64,000 nucleotides of DNA from Planctomycetota bacterium (GCA_965223265.1 OZ244999.1:7808001-7872000); one strand, 5' to 3'; shown: positions 38,509 to 49,711, counted from the first letter of the stretch. Notes: generated by a model not told the origin, from the sequence alone. Numbers and translations are program-made.

Positions 38509-41103
38509 ATGAGTGAACGCGTCGCGCTCCCTATCGACCCTGCGCTCCCTGAAATCGTTGCCGCGCTCAGGCGGCACGGGAGCCTCGTGCTGATGGCCGA
38601 CCCGGGCGCTGGCAAGACCACGCGCGTGGCGCCGGCACTTCTCGCTGCGGGTCTCGCTCACTCAGGACTCATCGTAATGCTACAGCCGCGACGCGTCGCC
38701 GCCCGCGCCGTCGCCTCGCGCATCGCCTCAGAAGAAGGGTGGCGACTCGGAGGCGAAGTCGGCTACGTCGTTCGCTTCGACCGTCGCGTCTCGAAAGCGA
38801 CGCGCATTGAAATCGTTACCGAGGGCATCCTGACGCGACGCCTGCAGAACGATCCGTTTCTCAGCGGCGTCGAGATCGTCATCCTCGATGAGTTTCATGA
38901 GCGCAGTGTTCACTCCGATTTCGCTCTGGCGCTCCTAGCGGACATACGCCGGAGCGGTCGCCAGGACCTCAAGGTCGTGGTCATGTCGGCGACGCTCGAG
39001 CCCAAGCCGATCGCCGCGTTCCTTGACGACGCGCCAATCCTGCGCATCGACGCGCCGCCGCACGAAGTCGCGACCGAATATCTCGAGCGCAGCGAGCGTC
39101 CGACCGTCATCGCGACCACCACCGCACAGGGCATCCGATCGATGTGGCGACCCCGCGGCGGCCACGTGCTCGCGTTTCTTCCTGGCCGGCGAGAGATTGA
39201 GCGAGTGCGAAGCGAGCTGGAGACTTTCGCGGCCGATCGCGGCGCCACCATCGTACCGCTCCACGGCGGCTTGGATCTCGCCACCCAAGAGCTGGCACTA
39301 CAGCCGAGTCGCACGCGGAAGATCATCCTCGCCACCAACATTGCCGAGACTTCGCTCACCGTCGATGGTGTCGACACTGTAGTCGACTCTGGTTATGCTC
39401 GCTTGCTGCGACGCGATCCGTGCCATGGGATCAATCGGCTCGAACTCGTGCGCATCAGTCGCAATTCGGCGACGCAGCGCGCCGGGCGAGCTGCGCGTCA
39501 AGGGCCTGGGCGAGCGCTTCGACTCTGGACCCGCAGCGAGCACGCGGACCTATGCGCCGCGGATCCGCCCGAGATCATGCGAGTCGACCTGGCGGCACTG
39601 ATACTCGAGCTCAAATCGTGGGGAATCCGTGACCCGCATCAGTTCGACTGGTTCGAGCCGCCACCGCCGGAGTTGGTGCGGCAAGCCGAGAAACTGCTCG
39701 CCCAGCTCGGCGCCATCACGGCCATCGGCGGCGGCGTCACCCGACTAGGCGAAACCCTTTGTTCGCTGCCAACGCACCCGCGCCTCGGACGGCTCCTGCT
39801 GGCGGCGGGCAAGCACGGCGAACTGCGCCGCGGAGCCACGCTGGCAGCGCTCATCGAAGAGCGTGACATGCTGTCGCGAGAAACCGTTGAGAGACACGCC
39901 GCGCAGGAAGTCGGGCCTTCCGATCTTCTTCTGCGCCTCGACCTGATGGAGGCGCAAGGCGAGAGCTCTCGGGTGCGGAAACCGGTGGAAGCGTCGCCGA
40001 GTGTCAGTCGCCGTGCGGTGCAAGCCATTCACCGCACGCGTGAGGCGCTCCTGCGCAGTGCGGCGGTAAGCGGTTCAAAAGCAAGAACAACGGAACGCGC
40101 GAGCGAGAGCGACACCGACAGGTCTGACGAAGTCTTGCTGCGCGCGCTGCTCGCCGCCTACCCGGATCGCGTCGCCCGTCGGCGGACACCTCAATCGGAA
40201 CGCGCGCGCATGGTGGGTGGCCGAGGCGTGCGGCTGGCGCGAGAAAGCATCGTGCGAGACGCGGAGCTCTTCGTGGCCGTTGACATCGACGACACGCCCG
40301 GCCACGGAACCGGCGAGGCTTTGGTACGTGTCGCCAGCGCGATCAAAGCAGACTGGCTGCGGGACGACTTCCCGGACGCGCTAAGAAGTACGGAGCACGT
40401 TTGGTTCGACGCCGAAAGCGAGAAGGTGCGTGCAGCACGAACACTCTGTTATCACGATCTTCCCCTCGAAGAACCGCGCGAGTGTCGACCGCCACCCGAA
40501 GCGGCCGCTACCGCGCTCCGCGAGGTGGTTCAGGATCGTGGCGGCGAAGTGTTTGCTCGCTTCGACGCGCCACGCCGCTTCATCGCGCGAGTACTCTCGT
40601 TGGCGGAGTGGATGCCAGAATTGCAGCTCCCAGCGCTGACGGACACGGCGCTTGGCGAGTTGCTCGCCGCGCAAGTTGCCGGTAAGACTGCGCTACGAGA
40701 GTTTTCAGAGCGTGCGCTCCTCGGAATTCTCCAAAACGGTCTCAGCCACGAACAACTGGCCGCCGTCGAACGCTACGCACCCGAGCGCCTGCAAGTGCCG
40801 AGCGGCAGCCGCATTCAGCTCGACTATCAGCCGGGCAAACCGCCGACGCTCGCCGTCAAGCTGCAGGAGCTCTTCGGACTCGAGCAGACGCCGACGGTCG
40901 CCGGCGGCCGCCAAAGCGTGCTGCTGCATCTCTTGGCGCCCAACGGGCGCGCAGTCCAGGTGACGCAAGATCTTGTGAGCTTCTGGGCGAACACCTACGC
41001 GGAAGTGCGCAAGGAGCTGCGCGGACGCTATCCAAAGCATGCCTGGCCGGAGCGGCCGCTCGAGGCGTCGCCGACCCGGGGGACACGGCGACGACGCAGC
41101 TAA
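38509..41103 (+). CDS. hrpB: ATP-dependent RNA helicase HrpB
   Basis: PGAGKTT, DEFHER, MSAT, ATNIAETSLT, QRAGRA, C-terminal RKELRGRYPKHAWP. Confidence 0.96.
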   Translation: MSERVALPIDPALPEIVAALRRHGSLVLMADPGAGKTTRVAPALLAAGLAHSGLIVMLQPRRVAARAVASRIASEEGWRLGGEVGYVVRFDRRVSKATRIEIVTEGILTRRLQNDPFLSGVEIVILDEFHERSVHSDFALALLADIRRSGRQDLKVVVMSATLEPKPIAAFLDDAPILRIDAPPHEVATEYLERSERPTVIATTTAQGIRSMWRPRGGHVLAFLPGRREIERVRSELETFAADRGATIVPLHGGLDLATQELALQPSRTRKIILATNIAETSLTVDGVDTVVDSGYARLLRRDPCHGINRLELVRISRNSATQRAGRAARQGPGRALRLWTRSEHADLCAADPPEIMRVDLAALILELKSWGIRDPHQFDWFEPPPPELVRQAEKLLAQLGAITAIGGGVTRLGETLCSLPTHPRLGRLLLAAGKHGELRRGATLAALIEERDMLSRETVERHAAQEVGPSDLLLRLDLMEAQGESSRVRKPVEASPSVSRRAVQAIHRTREALLRSAAVSGSKARTTERASESDTDRSDEVLLRALLAAYPDRVARRRTPQSERARMVGGRGVRLARESIVRDAELFVAVDIDDTPGHGTGEALVRVASAIKADWLRDDFPDALRSTEHVWFDAESEKVRAARTLCYHDLPLEEPRECRPPPEAAATALREVVQDRGGEVFARFDAPRRFIARVLSLAEWMPELQLPALTDTALGELLAAQVAGKTALREFSERALLGILQNGLSHEQLAAVERYAPERLQVPSGSRIQLDYQPGKPPTLAVKLQELFGLEQTPTVAGGRQSVLLHLLAPNGRAVQVTQDLVSFWANTYAEVRKELRGRYPKHAWPERPLEASPTRGTRRRRS

Positions 41104-41159
41104 CGGGCACGCCAGATCGCAAAGCAACGCAGGCAAGCGAGACCAAACGACCGGCCGGC

Positions 41160-42566
41160 TCATCGAGTGCGTGGCATGCGCGCCCACAGTCCAATAGGTT
41201 TTTCTTCGTGCTTGATCACGTGCGTAAAAAAGTAGTACGCCAGCGGCAGTCCCAAGAGTAACCCCCAAAACCCGAGCGCATGATGGCCGATGACGAGAAT
41301 CACCAGCACAAGCACCGGATTCACCTTGAGCGCGGCGCCCATGATGCGCGGGTTGAGCAGATAGGCCTCAACGAAGTGGATGCCGACGATGAAGGCGACC
41401 GCGAGCGCGCATTTGGTGAGCCCACCTTGATAAAGCGCCACGACGCAGATAGGCCCGGAGGAGATGAACACCCCGGCGACCGGAATGAAACCACAGATGA
41501 AAACAACGAGGGACAGGAAGGCGACATGCGGAATCCCGAGAACCCACAGACCAATCGCCGTCAGCACAGTGTTGACGAGTGCGATCACAGCCTGCGCCTC
41601 GAGCACTTTACCGAGCACCTTGCCGAACGTGAGGAGGCTGGCGCCCGTCTCGCGGTAAAACTCGTGCAGCTTCGTCGCCTCAAGCTTCCTCACCTCCCGC
41701 GTGATGCCTTCGAGATCGAGCACGATGAGAAAGCTGAAAAGCGTCGCGAGAAAGAGAAGTGAAAAGAGCTCCGCCGCCAAAGCCACCGTGCTGGTGATGA
41801 ATCGCGGCGAATTCTCGACCGTCCACTTCGTGAAGCGGTCGAGTGCCTGTTTCACCGCCGGCACTTCAAGGAGACCAAGCGGCGCACCGCCATCCGTGCC
41901 ATCGGCAGCGGCTAACCCTTGACTTGAGGCGTCCGCGTCCCCGTCGCCAGAAGTCCGCGGGCCTTCGAGCGCGCCGCCCGAGGGAACCGGGCTGTCGGTC
42001 GAACCTGACGTACTTGTCGTCGAACCACCCAGCCGATTCAAGAGACCGCGGTACCAAGACGACTTCTGGAGTAGCTCGGGCTCGATCTCCACCGACCACC
42101 GCTGCTGAAACCCACGCATCATCTCCGTGATCTTGACGGCACCTGCCTTGACGCGCGGCACAAGGAGCCAACCCACGAGCACCCACACGAGCAGGAAGGC
42201 GACGAACGTGCACACGACGCGCCACCGCCAGCTCACGCTCGGGAAAGGTCGCGACAAGAGCGTCGCGACGGTCGAACTGACGAACGCGAAGACGAACGTC
42301 AGAAAGATCAACGGAAAGAAGTCGCCGAGTAGCCAGAGAAGGAGAAAGAAAGCGCCCCAGATGACGGCCTTGCGAGCCAGCTCCGTCAGCCACGTCGCCG
42401 AACGCCAGAAACGCAGCCTGTGCCGGCGAATCTCCGCTTCGATGGCTGCTGACTCCACGGCAGATGAGTCACTCTGATTGCCAGCGTGAACGTCACTGCC
42501 TTCGCCCGTGCCATCCGACCCACGGTCGCCCGGTGCACCCGACTCTTCGCTTCCTTTTCGCGGCAT
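41160..42566 (-). CDS. AI-2E family transporter
   Basis: Multiple TM segments; FIPVAG, EAYLLNPRIMG, GLLLGLP motifs. Confidence 0.9.
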   Translation of the reverse strand: MPRKGSEESGAPGDRGSDGTGEGSDVHAGNQSDSSAVESAAIEAEIRRHRLRFWRSATWLTELARKAVIWGAFFLLLWLLGDFFPLIFLTFVFAFVSSTVATLLSRPFPSVSWRWRVVCTFVAFLLVWVLVGWLLVPRVKAGAVKITEMMRGFQQRWSVEIEPELLQKSSWYRGLLNRLGGSTTSTSGSTDSPVPSGGALEGPRTSGDGDADASSQGLAAADGTDGGAPLGLLEVPAVKQALDRFTKWTVENSPRFITSTVALAAELFSLLFLATLFSFLIVLDLEGITREVRKLEATKLHEFYRETGASLLTFGKVLGKVLEAQAVIALVNTVLTAIGLWVLGIPHVAFLSLVVFICGFIPVAGVFISSGPICVVALYQGGLTKCALAVAFIVGIHFVEAYLLNPRIMGAALKVNPVLVLVILVIGHHALGFWGLLLGLPLAYYFFTHVIKHEEKPIGLWARMPRTR

Positions 42567-42697
42567 ATCTCGTCAACCATTCGCCGAGGAACTCGCGACA
42601 ACTATACAGCTGCAGCGCAGGCGTTTCCAACCGTGAACAGCCCTTTGACAGCCGACCAGCGCAACCAGCGCCATAATCGAGCCAAGCAGCTGGGCTG

Positions 42698-44137
42698 CTA
42701 GAGGCGGTACGCGCTTTTGGCCAAATCGTAGGCCGACGCGCGCATCATTTCCTCGGCGTCCAAAAAGTCGACCATACCTCCTTCGACGAGTCCGGCCAGC
42801 CAATTGGCCTCGACGCGCCGCCACAGATCATGACGAGCCGGAATCGACGGAAACGCGCGAGTGTCGTCATTGAAGCCAGCCGTATTGTAAAGCCCCGCAG
42901 TCTCGACGACACTGTCGCGATACCGCCTCATGCCTTGCACGCTATCGTAGAACCACCATGGCGGTCCGAGCTTGACGGCCGGGTAGTGACCAGCCAGCGG
43001 CGCGAGCTCGCGAGAATACGTGGTTTCGTCGAGCGTGAACAAAATGATCGTCAGGCCCGGTTCGTTGCCGAAGCGATTCAGGAGCGGTCTGAGATTGTTG
43101 GTGAAGTCCGTCGCAATCGGAATATCGCAGCCCTTGTCGGCGCCGAACTCGGCAAAGACTCGCTCGTTGTGATTACGCAGCGAGCCGCAGTGGAGCTGCA
43201 TGACGAGCCCGTCTTCGCAGCTCATGCGAGCCATTTCGATCAACATGTGACCAGTGAATCTCTTGGCGTCATCATCGCTTGCCTTACCGTCAAGAGCTCG
43301 CTGGAAAATCGACTGGGCATCGTGTTCTGAGAGCGTCTCGGTATAAGGCGTAAGTGCGGCGTGATCGGTGGCCGTAGCGCCGAGTTCCTTGAAGTATTGA
43401 CGCCGATTCTCCAGAGCGGAGACGAGTCGTTTGTAGCTGTTGACGTTGATGCCGGTGACGGCGCTCAGCGCTTCGAGGTTCTGCTTCCAGCCCGGCGCGT
43501 CGAGGTTGATCACGGCGTCGGGGCGAAACGTCGGCAGTACACGACCGTTCCAACCGGATTCGCGAATCGCCCTATGCGCATCGAGCGGGTCCGTCGCCGC
43601 GTCGGTCGTGCACAGCACCTCGATATTGAATTTCTCGAAAAGCCGCCTTGGCCTGAACTCCGGCGATGCCAGCTTCGCCTCGATGGCTTCGTAGATTTCA
43701 TCGGCGCTGTCGCGGTTCAGTTTGACGTCGATGCCAAAGACGTCGAGCAGCTCATGCGTCAGCCACATACCTGTCGGCGTGCCGCGAAAAAGATAGAAGT
43801 GCTCCGCGAACACACGCCAAATTTTGCGGTGATCCGTCTCTACGGATTCACCATCGTTTCGCGGCACCCCGAGATCTTCGAGGCGGACCCCGTGCGAATA
43901 AAGCATACGAAACACGTAGTGATCCGGGATCAGCAACAGGTCCGCAGGCGAACCAAACGAATAGTCCTCATCCGCGAACATGCGTGGATCGACGTGGCCG
44001 TGTGGACAGACCAGAGGCAGCTCCTTCACGGTGTCGTAGAGCCGCCGGGCTGTCTCTTTCTGCTTCGGATCAAGGCCGAAGTATCGGTCCTCTAGCAGTG
44101 TGATTCTCTGCTTGCTGGGCACGGGCGGTTCCTTCAC
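42698..44137 (-). CDS. uxaC: Glucuronate isomerase
   Basis: PHGHVDP, PDHYVFRML, LCTTD, PTFRPD, GPPWWFYDS, GFNDDTRAF..IPARHD. Confidence 0.96.
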   Translation of the reverse strand: MKEPPVPSKQRITLLEDRYFGLDPKQKETARRLYDTVKELPLVCPHGHVDPRMFADEDYSFGSPADLLLIPDHYVFRMLYSHGVRLEDLGVPRNDGESVETDHRKIWRVFAEHFYLFRGTPTGMWLTHELLDVFGIDVKLNRDSADEIYEAIEAKLASPEFRPRRLFEKFNIEVLCTTDAATDPLDAHRAIRESGWNGRVLPTFRPDAVINLDAPGWKQNLEALSAVTGINVNSYKRLVSALENRRQYFKELGATATDHAALTPYTETLSEHDAQSIFQRALDGKASDDDAKRFTGHMLIEMARMSCEDGLVMQLHCGSLRNHNERVFAEFGADKGCDIPIATDFTNNLRPLLNRFGNEPGLTIILFTLDETTYSRELAPLAGHYPAVKLGPPWWFYDSVQGMRRYRDSVVETAGLYNTAGFNDDTRAFPSIPARHDLWRRVEANWLAGLVEGGMVDFLDAEEMMRASAYDLAKSAYRL

Positions 44138-44227
44138 GCAGCTGATGAAAACGAACCGGAGGGCGGATCGAACAGCCCTCCGGTTGGCGAAGTGTCTCGC
44201 GCTCGTTCGCGCCCGGCGCGGCGACGA

Positions 44228-44791
44228 TCAGAGATTGAGTTTGCCAGCGAAGGACTTCTCCGCTGCCGCAAGGATCTGCTTCACTCCGTCCGCCGAAATC
44301 GCCTTTGAAAACGCAAAGTTCTTTTCGACTCTCTTCTTCGAGTAGAGAAGTACCGTATGTCGTGCGTCTTTGTTGAGCTTGTACTTCTTCGAACCGTTCA
44401 AGTTGAGCGTCATTGCAAGGCGCTTCAGCTTGTTTTTCGCCGCAAACTTCTTCAGGTCCGCCTTAGCGTTCTTGTCGTCACTGACGTACACCACGACCCC
44501 GACAGCCTTCGCGGCCCCGGGAGCCTTCGAGTTTGCGAGTAGAAGTTTTTCGATTCCCTTGGCCAGACCGGCCAAGTCGTCGTCGAGCTGACGTGCGAAG
44601 ATCAGCGCGACGGGTACATTGCCGCTCACTCATATGTAGCAAACTTTGGCACGCGACTTGAATTTCCCTGTGATATCGACGACGTCGAAAGCTGGCGTCG
44701 CCGCACCGGGTTGAAGTCCTGACTTCACCTGATCGCCCGCCATGAGCGGCAGGGCAATGAAGGTGAGCGCGATCATCGACGCGGTTCTCAT
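44228..44791 (-). CDS. Putative exported thioredoxin-like selenoprotein (in-frame UGA at 44630-44632, CxxU)
   Basis: GAAGGAG RBS; signal peptide; KSGLQPG...FDVVDITG...VCYI-UGA-VSGNVPVALIFAR continues in the same frame to 187 aa. Confidence 0.75.
44558..44576 (-). promoter_or_regulatory. Candidate SECIS hairpin
   Basis: CUUGGCC-GGUCU-GGCCAAG, a perfect 7-bp stem; loop resembles the E. coli fdhF SECIS apex; 54-72 nt 3' of the UGA. Confidence 0.5.
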
Positions 44792-45078
44792 GTCGACTCC
44801 TTCACGAAAAAAACTTCGAAACAAAACCTCGTCACGCCTCAAATTCACTTACAAGCGAGCGGAAATCATCCGGACTCGATCAGCCATCCGAACTCCGCGC
44901 GCAGAATTTCAGCACAACTACGATTTTAACCCGCAGCTTTCGTGAGTTTCTACCGCAACGCGGAAATCGAGGTCGAATCATCTCGGCCTTTACCGGCGAC
45001 TCGCCGGACATGAAGCACGTTTCGCCCGCGTGGCTACCGCGGTCAAAACCAACACGCAACCCGGGCGCCGCGGGCAGC

Positions 45079-46374
45079 TCAGTGCGGCGGACTATCGTCT
45101 TCGAGCGGATCGGCAGGCTCGCGACGGATGTGCGCGCCGAGCGCGCTGAGACGCGCCTCGATGTGTTCGTAGCCCCGATCGAGGTGATAAATCCTGTGCA
45201 CCTCCGTAATCCCAACCCCGACCAAACCGGCAAGCAAAAGCGATGCACTCGCACGCAGGTCCGACGCCATGACCGGGGCGCCACTGAGCGCCGCAACGCC
45301 ACTAATGATTGCGCTCGGGCCTTCCTTGCGAATGTTGGCGCCCATGCGCGCGAGCTCGGAGATGTGGATGAAGCGGTCCGGGTACACCTTCTCGGTGACC
45401 AAGCTAATCCCGTCGGCGAGACAAAGAAGCGCCATGATCTGCGCCTGGAGATCGGTCGGGAAGCCCGGGTACGGAAGCGTCGTCACATCGACCGAGCGAA
45501 AGCCGCCGTTGGAGCGTACGCGGATCGCATCTCCTTCGGCGGTGACGTGCAGCCCAATCTGCCGCAAAAGGTGGGTGAGCGCGGCCATGTGATCGGGTCG
45601 GCATTTGCGCACGATGACATCGCCGCGCGTAATCGCCCCGGCGATCAAAAGTGTTCCCGCCTCGATGCGGTCCGGGATCACCGAATAGTCGGCGCCTCCT
45701 AGCTCTGGCACACCATGCACCACGAGCCGCGGCGTCCCGATGCCCTCGATGCGCGCTCCCATGGCGGTCAAAAAGTTCGCCAAGTCAGCGATCTCTGGTT
45801 CGCACGCCGCCGATTCGATCACCGTTGTCCCGTGAGCCAGAACCGCCGCCATGAGAACGTTGGCCGTACCCAGTACCGTCGACCCGAACGGTCCTCCAAG
45901 AAAGACCGTCGTGCCGCGCAGCTCGTCGGCGGACGCTTCGACGTAGCCGTGTCGAATACGGATCTCCGCGCCCATGGCGGCCAGTCCCTTGAGATGCAAG
46001 TCGATCGGCCGGACGCCGAAGACGCAGCCTCCGGGCAGCGACACCTTAGCGCGCTTGCGCCGCGCTACGAGCGGACCGAGCGCGCAAACCGACGCGCGCA
46101 TCCGACGTACGTGCTCGTAGGGCGCGGTGTAGGGATCCGATGATTCCGCTTGCACGTGGATCGCCCCATCGTCGCGCCGCTCGCACTCGACACCGAGCTC
46201 ACGCAGGATCTCCATCGCGCTGCACACGTCTTTGAGGTCCGGCACGTTGCGAATCACGCACGTCTCGTCGGTGAGCAGCGACGCGAACAGGATGGGAAGC
46301 GCCGCGTTCTTGGCGCCACGCACCTCGACCGTACCCTCGAGCGGAATGCCGCCCTCGATGAGGAGCTTATCCAT
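45079..46374 (-). CDS. murA: UDP-N-acetylglucosamine 1-carboxyvinyltransferase
   Basis: GAKNAALP, MRAS, LPGGC.FG.RPIDLH, PDRIEAGT, PGFPTDLQ, DLRA. Confidence 0.97.
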   Translation of the reverse strand: MDKLLIEGGIPLEGTVEVRGAKNAALPILFASLLTDETCVIRNVPDLKDVCSAMEILRELGVECERRDDGAIHVQAESSDPYTAPYEHVRRMRASVCALGPLVARRKRAKVSLPGGCVFGVRPIDLHLKGLAAMGAEIRIRHGYVEASADELRGTTVFLGGPFGSTVLGTANVLMAAVLAHGTTVIESAACEPEIADLANFLTAMGARIEGIGTPRLVVHGVPELGGADYSVIPDRIEAGTLLIAGAITRGDVIVRKCRPDHMAALTHLLRQIGLHVTAEGDAIRVRSNGGFRSVDVTTLPYPGFPTDLQAQIMALLCLADGISLVTEKVYPDRFIHISELARMGANIRKEGPSAIISGVAALSGAPVMASDLRASASLLLAGLVGVGITEVHRIYHLDRGYEHIEARLSALGAHIRREPADPLEDDSPPH

Positions 46375-46696
46375 GGGTCTCCACTTCTTCTTTCTCTTCT
46401 CTTTCCCTTCTGCCTCTTCTTCTTCGGCTGACCGCCTGACGCGCGCTCGTCCAGAAGCACCTCAACCCAGCCGGGCAAACTCAGCCGCCGGTATCTCCTC
46501 CTCGTCCGCCGTCTCTTCTCTGGTCTCCTCCATCTTCCTCTTCAAGGCGGGGCGCTGCCAACCGTCGCCGACGCAGCTGGCCACAATCTTACTTCGGGTG
46601 GCGTGCGAATTTCTCGTAAATTCCTGGAGGACCGGACGCCCACAGCAGCGCCCCAACGGGAGCGTGAACGCACGAGGTCACGCAGCGAAAACGCGC

Positions 46697-47593
46697 TCAC
46701 ATCTCGGCGAGCAACACCCGTCTCACGCCGCTCAGGTCGTCCCGGCCGCCTCGAACCTTCCAGAACGCTTGCTGCAGGAGCGCCGCGACCGCCTCCGATT
46801 GGCCCTCCCCGACTTCAAGAACGAGCACGCCGCCGGACGCCATGTGTGGCCGCAGGCTCGACGCGATTTCGCGATAGAACCCTAGTCCATCGCCCGCGTC
46901 ACTCTTGGTGTCGACGAGAGCTTCACGCGGCTCGTACTGCCGCACGTCGGGCATTAAGTGCGGGTACTCGAGCTCGGTGACGTACGGAGGATTGGAGACG
47001 ACGACGTCGTAGGAGCGCTGAGACGGCGGCAGGGCCGCGCACAGATCGCCCGTGTGGAAACGAATGCGGTCGGCGACGGAGTGCGCCGCGGCGTTGCGCC
47101 TCGCCACGGCGACGGCGGCGGGGCTCTGGTCGACGGCGTCGGCAGTGCAGTCGACCGAATTGACCAGCACGGACACCACTATGTTGCCGCAGCCTGTGCC
47201 CAAGTCGAGGAGGCGAGCGCCAGTGCTCCGGTTGGCGAGTTCCTCGAGGGCGCACTCGACGACGTGCTCCGTCTCCGGGCGAGGCACGAGAACGCTGGCG
47301 TCGACTTCGAAGACGAGAGAGTAAAACTCGCGCCGACCGACGATGTAAGCGACCGGCTCGCGCCGTGCGCGGCGCGCGACGAGTTCCCGGTAGCGGCCGC
47401 GCTCCTCTGGATCCACGAAGCGACGAAATCCGGTGTAGAGCTCGAGTCTCGTGCAGCCGATCGCCTCGGCCAAGAGGATCTCAGCGTCCAGGCGGGGTGA
47501 GTCCAGCCGCAGCCGAGCAAAATAGTCCTCGGTCCAGTTCAGCAGCTCGCCGACGGTCCAGTGTTCGGGCAGTTGCTTCTCGGTTGTGATCAT
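46697..47593 (-). CDS. prmC: Release factor glutamine methyltransferase (start may extend to 47662)
   Basis: EPVAYIVG.REF, VLVPRPETE, DLGTGCG, VSNPPY; directly downstream of prfA. Confidence 0.95.
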   Translation of the reverse strand: MITTEKQLPEHWTVGELLNWTEDYFARLRLDSPRLDAEILLAEAIGCTRLELYTGFRRFVDPEERGRYRELVARRARREPVAYIVGRREFYSLVFEVDASVLVPRPETEHVVECALEELANRSTGARLLDLGTGCGNIVVSVLVNSVDCTADAVDQSPAAVAVARRNAAAHSVADRIRFHTGDLCAALPPSQRSYDVVVSNPPYVTELEYPHLMPDVRQYEPREALVDTKSDAGDGLGFYREIASSLRPHMASGGVLVLEVGEGQSEAVAALLQQAFWKVRGGRDDLSGVRRVLLAEM

Positions 47594-47658
47594 ACGCTCG
47601 GTGACCAGTTCACCACCGCCGCCTTGAACGACACCGCGAGATCTTCGCCTGGCGCGGC

Positions 47659-48762
47659 TCACTCACCTCGCAGACGCTGCTGACGATCGTAACTGCGAAG
47701 TGCAGCGAAGACGGATTCCATCTCGCCCTGCTGCAGCACGCGGTCCAGGTTGAAATTCTGTCCGATGCGGTGGTCGGTGACGCGGTTCTGGGGGAAGTTG
47801 TACGTGCGAATGCGTTGGTTTCGGTCCCCTGAGCCGATCTGGCTACGCCGCTGCGACTGCTCCTTTTCGCGACGTTGATTCTCGAAGTGCTCATAGAGTC
47901 GGCTGCGAAGAACCCGCATGGCTCGGGCGCGGTTCTTGTGCTGTGAGGACTCCTCTTGGATCGCGACCACGATTCCTGTCGGGTGATGCGTGATGCGAAC
48001 GGCTGAGGCGGTCTTGTTGACCTTCTGACCGCCCGGACCAGAGGCGCGGTAGAAGTCGACTCGGAGATCAGACTCCTTGACGTCGATCTCGACTTCCTCC
48101 GGTTCACCCATGACTGCGACGGTCGCCGCGGATGTGTGGATCCGACCGCTGGTTTCCGTCGTGGGGACACGCTGCACTCGATGCCCACCCATCTCGTAGC
48201 GTAAGTCACGGAATACTGACTCCCCGGTCACACTGAAGATGATCTCCTTGAAGCCGCCGAGATCCGTTGGCGATGCATCAAGAGGCTCGATCTTCCACGA
48301 GCGCGATTCGGCGTAGTGAGAATACATGCGAAAGAGATCGGCCACAAAGAGCGCCGCCTCATCGCCCCCGGTACCCGCCCGAATCTCCATGATGACGTTC
48401 CGATCGGAGTCTTTGTCTTCGACGAGAACCATCTCCAGCAGCTGGTCGCCGATTTCGGCAACCAGTGGCGTGCTGCGCTCCACCTCTTCCGCCGCCATCT
48501 GCCGCAGCTCGGGGTCTTCCGACTCCGATGCCGCCAGGGCAGCGTTTTCCGTCAACTCCTTTTCCAGCTGCGTGTAGGTGTCGAACTTTTCGACTTTCTT
48601 GCGTAGCGCGCCAAGTTCACGACTATACTTTTTCAACCGCACGTGATCCGCGATCACCTCTGGACTCGCGATGAGTTCCTGAAGCTCGTCGTAGCGGCCT
48701 CGCAGCTGCTCTAAATTCTCACGCACGGCCGCTGGCAGCGCGCCCTCTTTGTTGTCCGCCAT
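47659..48762 (-). CDS. prfA: Peptide chain release factor 1
   Basis: [19 protein letters not shown] (PxT), [21 protein letters not shown]. Confidence 0.97.
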   Translation of the reverse strand: MADNKEGALPAAVRENLEQLRGRYDELQELIASPEVIADHVRLKKYSRELGALRKKVEKFDTYTQLEKELTENAALAASESEDPELRQMAAEEVERSTPLVAEIGDQLLEMVLVEDKDSDRNVIMEIRAGTGGDEAALFVADLFRMYSHYAESRSWKIEPLDASPTDLGGFKEIIFSVTGESVFRDLRYEMGGHRVQRVPTTETSGRIHTSAATVAVMGEPEEVEIDVKESDLRVDFYRASGPGGQKVNKTASAVRITHHPTGIVVAIQEESSQHKNRARAMRVLRSRLYEHFENQRREKEQSQRRSQIGSGDRNQRIRTYNFPQNRVTDHRIGQNFNLDRVLQQGEMESVFAALRSYDRQQRLRGE

Positions 48763-49127
48763 GCTGCTTTTCGCTGGGGAGAACGCGTCGTGGCTAGACG
48801 ACGCATGGGTTGTTTCGGACGCTCCTCTCGCTGCCGCCGGGGCGGGGCGTCCCGTTCTTCGGCGCGGAACGTGGCCAGCACACAGAGACCGTCAAGAAGA
48901 TTGCCTTTCGTCTTCGGTAGCGCCGCTTCGTGGCCGCGAGCTGAGTCAGACAGCAAGCCGCCAAATCCGAGTCGCGAAGAAAAACGCCCAGCGCCGCGTT
49001 ACGGTAACGTGTGCGGCGATCATATCGCGCCGCGATCATAGTGCGGTGTTTCGTTCCCGCGGGCAGTGCCGACACGATCGGGGGAACGGCTCGTCGACCG
49101 AACGCGAAACGGCCAAACTCGAGACTG

Positions 49128-49541
49128 CTAGCTCTCGCCGGACGGCTGCTCCGCCGGTTTCTCGGTTGCAGAAGGCTCGGCTGCCGTCTTCTTCGGCGGG
49201 GACGCGGCCCTCTTCCCCTTCTTTCCCTGCTCCTCTGGCTCCACGTCCTTTCGCTTCTTGGCGCGCGGAACACCAACGGTCACTTTCTCGCGCTTGGCCT
49301 TGACGTTCTTCTTCTTCGTCAGAACTTGATCCATGCTCTCCTTCGACCAAGCGTGACGGCTCTGGAACTTCTCGACTCGGCCGGCGGCATCGACGAACTT
49401 CTGCTTGCCGGTGTAGAAGGGGTGACAGTTTGAACAGATTTCAACGCTGAGATTCGGGACAGTGGCGCGAGTGACGAATGTGTTGCCACAGCCGCACGTC
49501 ACGGCGCATTCAACGTAGCGTGGGTGGATCCCTTCTTTCAT
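49128..49541 (-). CDS. rpmE: 50S ribosomal protein L31 (Zn-binding type) with a C-terminal extension
   Basis: MKEGIHPRY...CGCG...[21 protein letters not shown]. Confidence 0.96.
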   Translation of the reverse strand: MKEGIHPRYVECAVTCGCGNTFVTRATVPNLSVEICSNCHPFYTGKQKFVDAAGRVEKFQSRHAWSKESMDQVLTKKKNVKAKREKVTVGVPRAKKRKDVEPEEQGKKGKRAASPPKKTAAEPSATEKPAEQPSGES

Positions 49542-49711
49542 CGGTCCGAGCTCCTTAGAGTGCCAAAAGGGGGACCCAAATATACTGCCGCCCCGCGGCC
49601 AGTTCCAAGGATTTCTCGTGCCCCATATTCCCGGACTGCGCTGGCCGCGAGCCCGAGTTCGGTCAGGCCCGCCCGGACAGCGCGATCGCAGCCGCGGGCT
49701 CGGCCCTCGCC

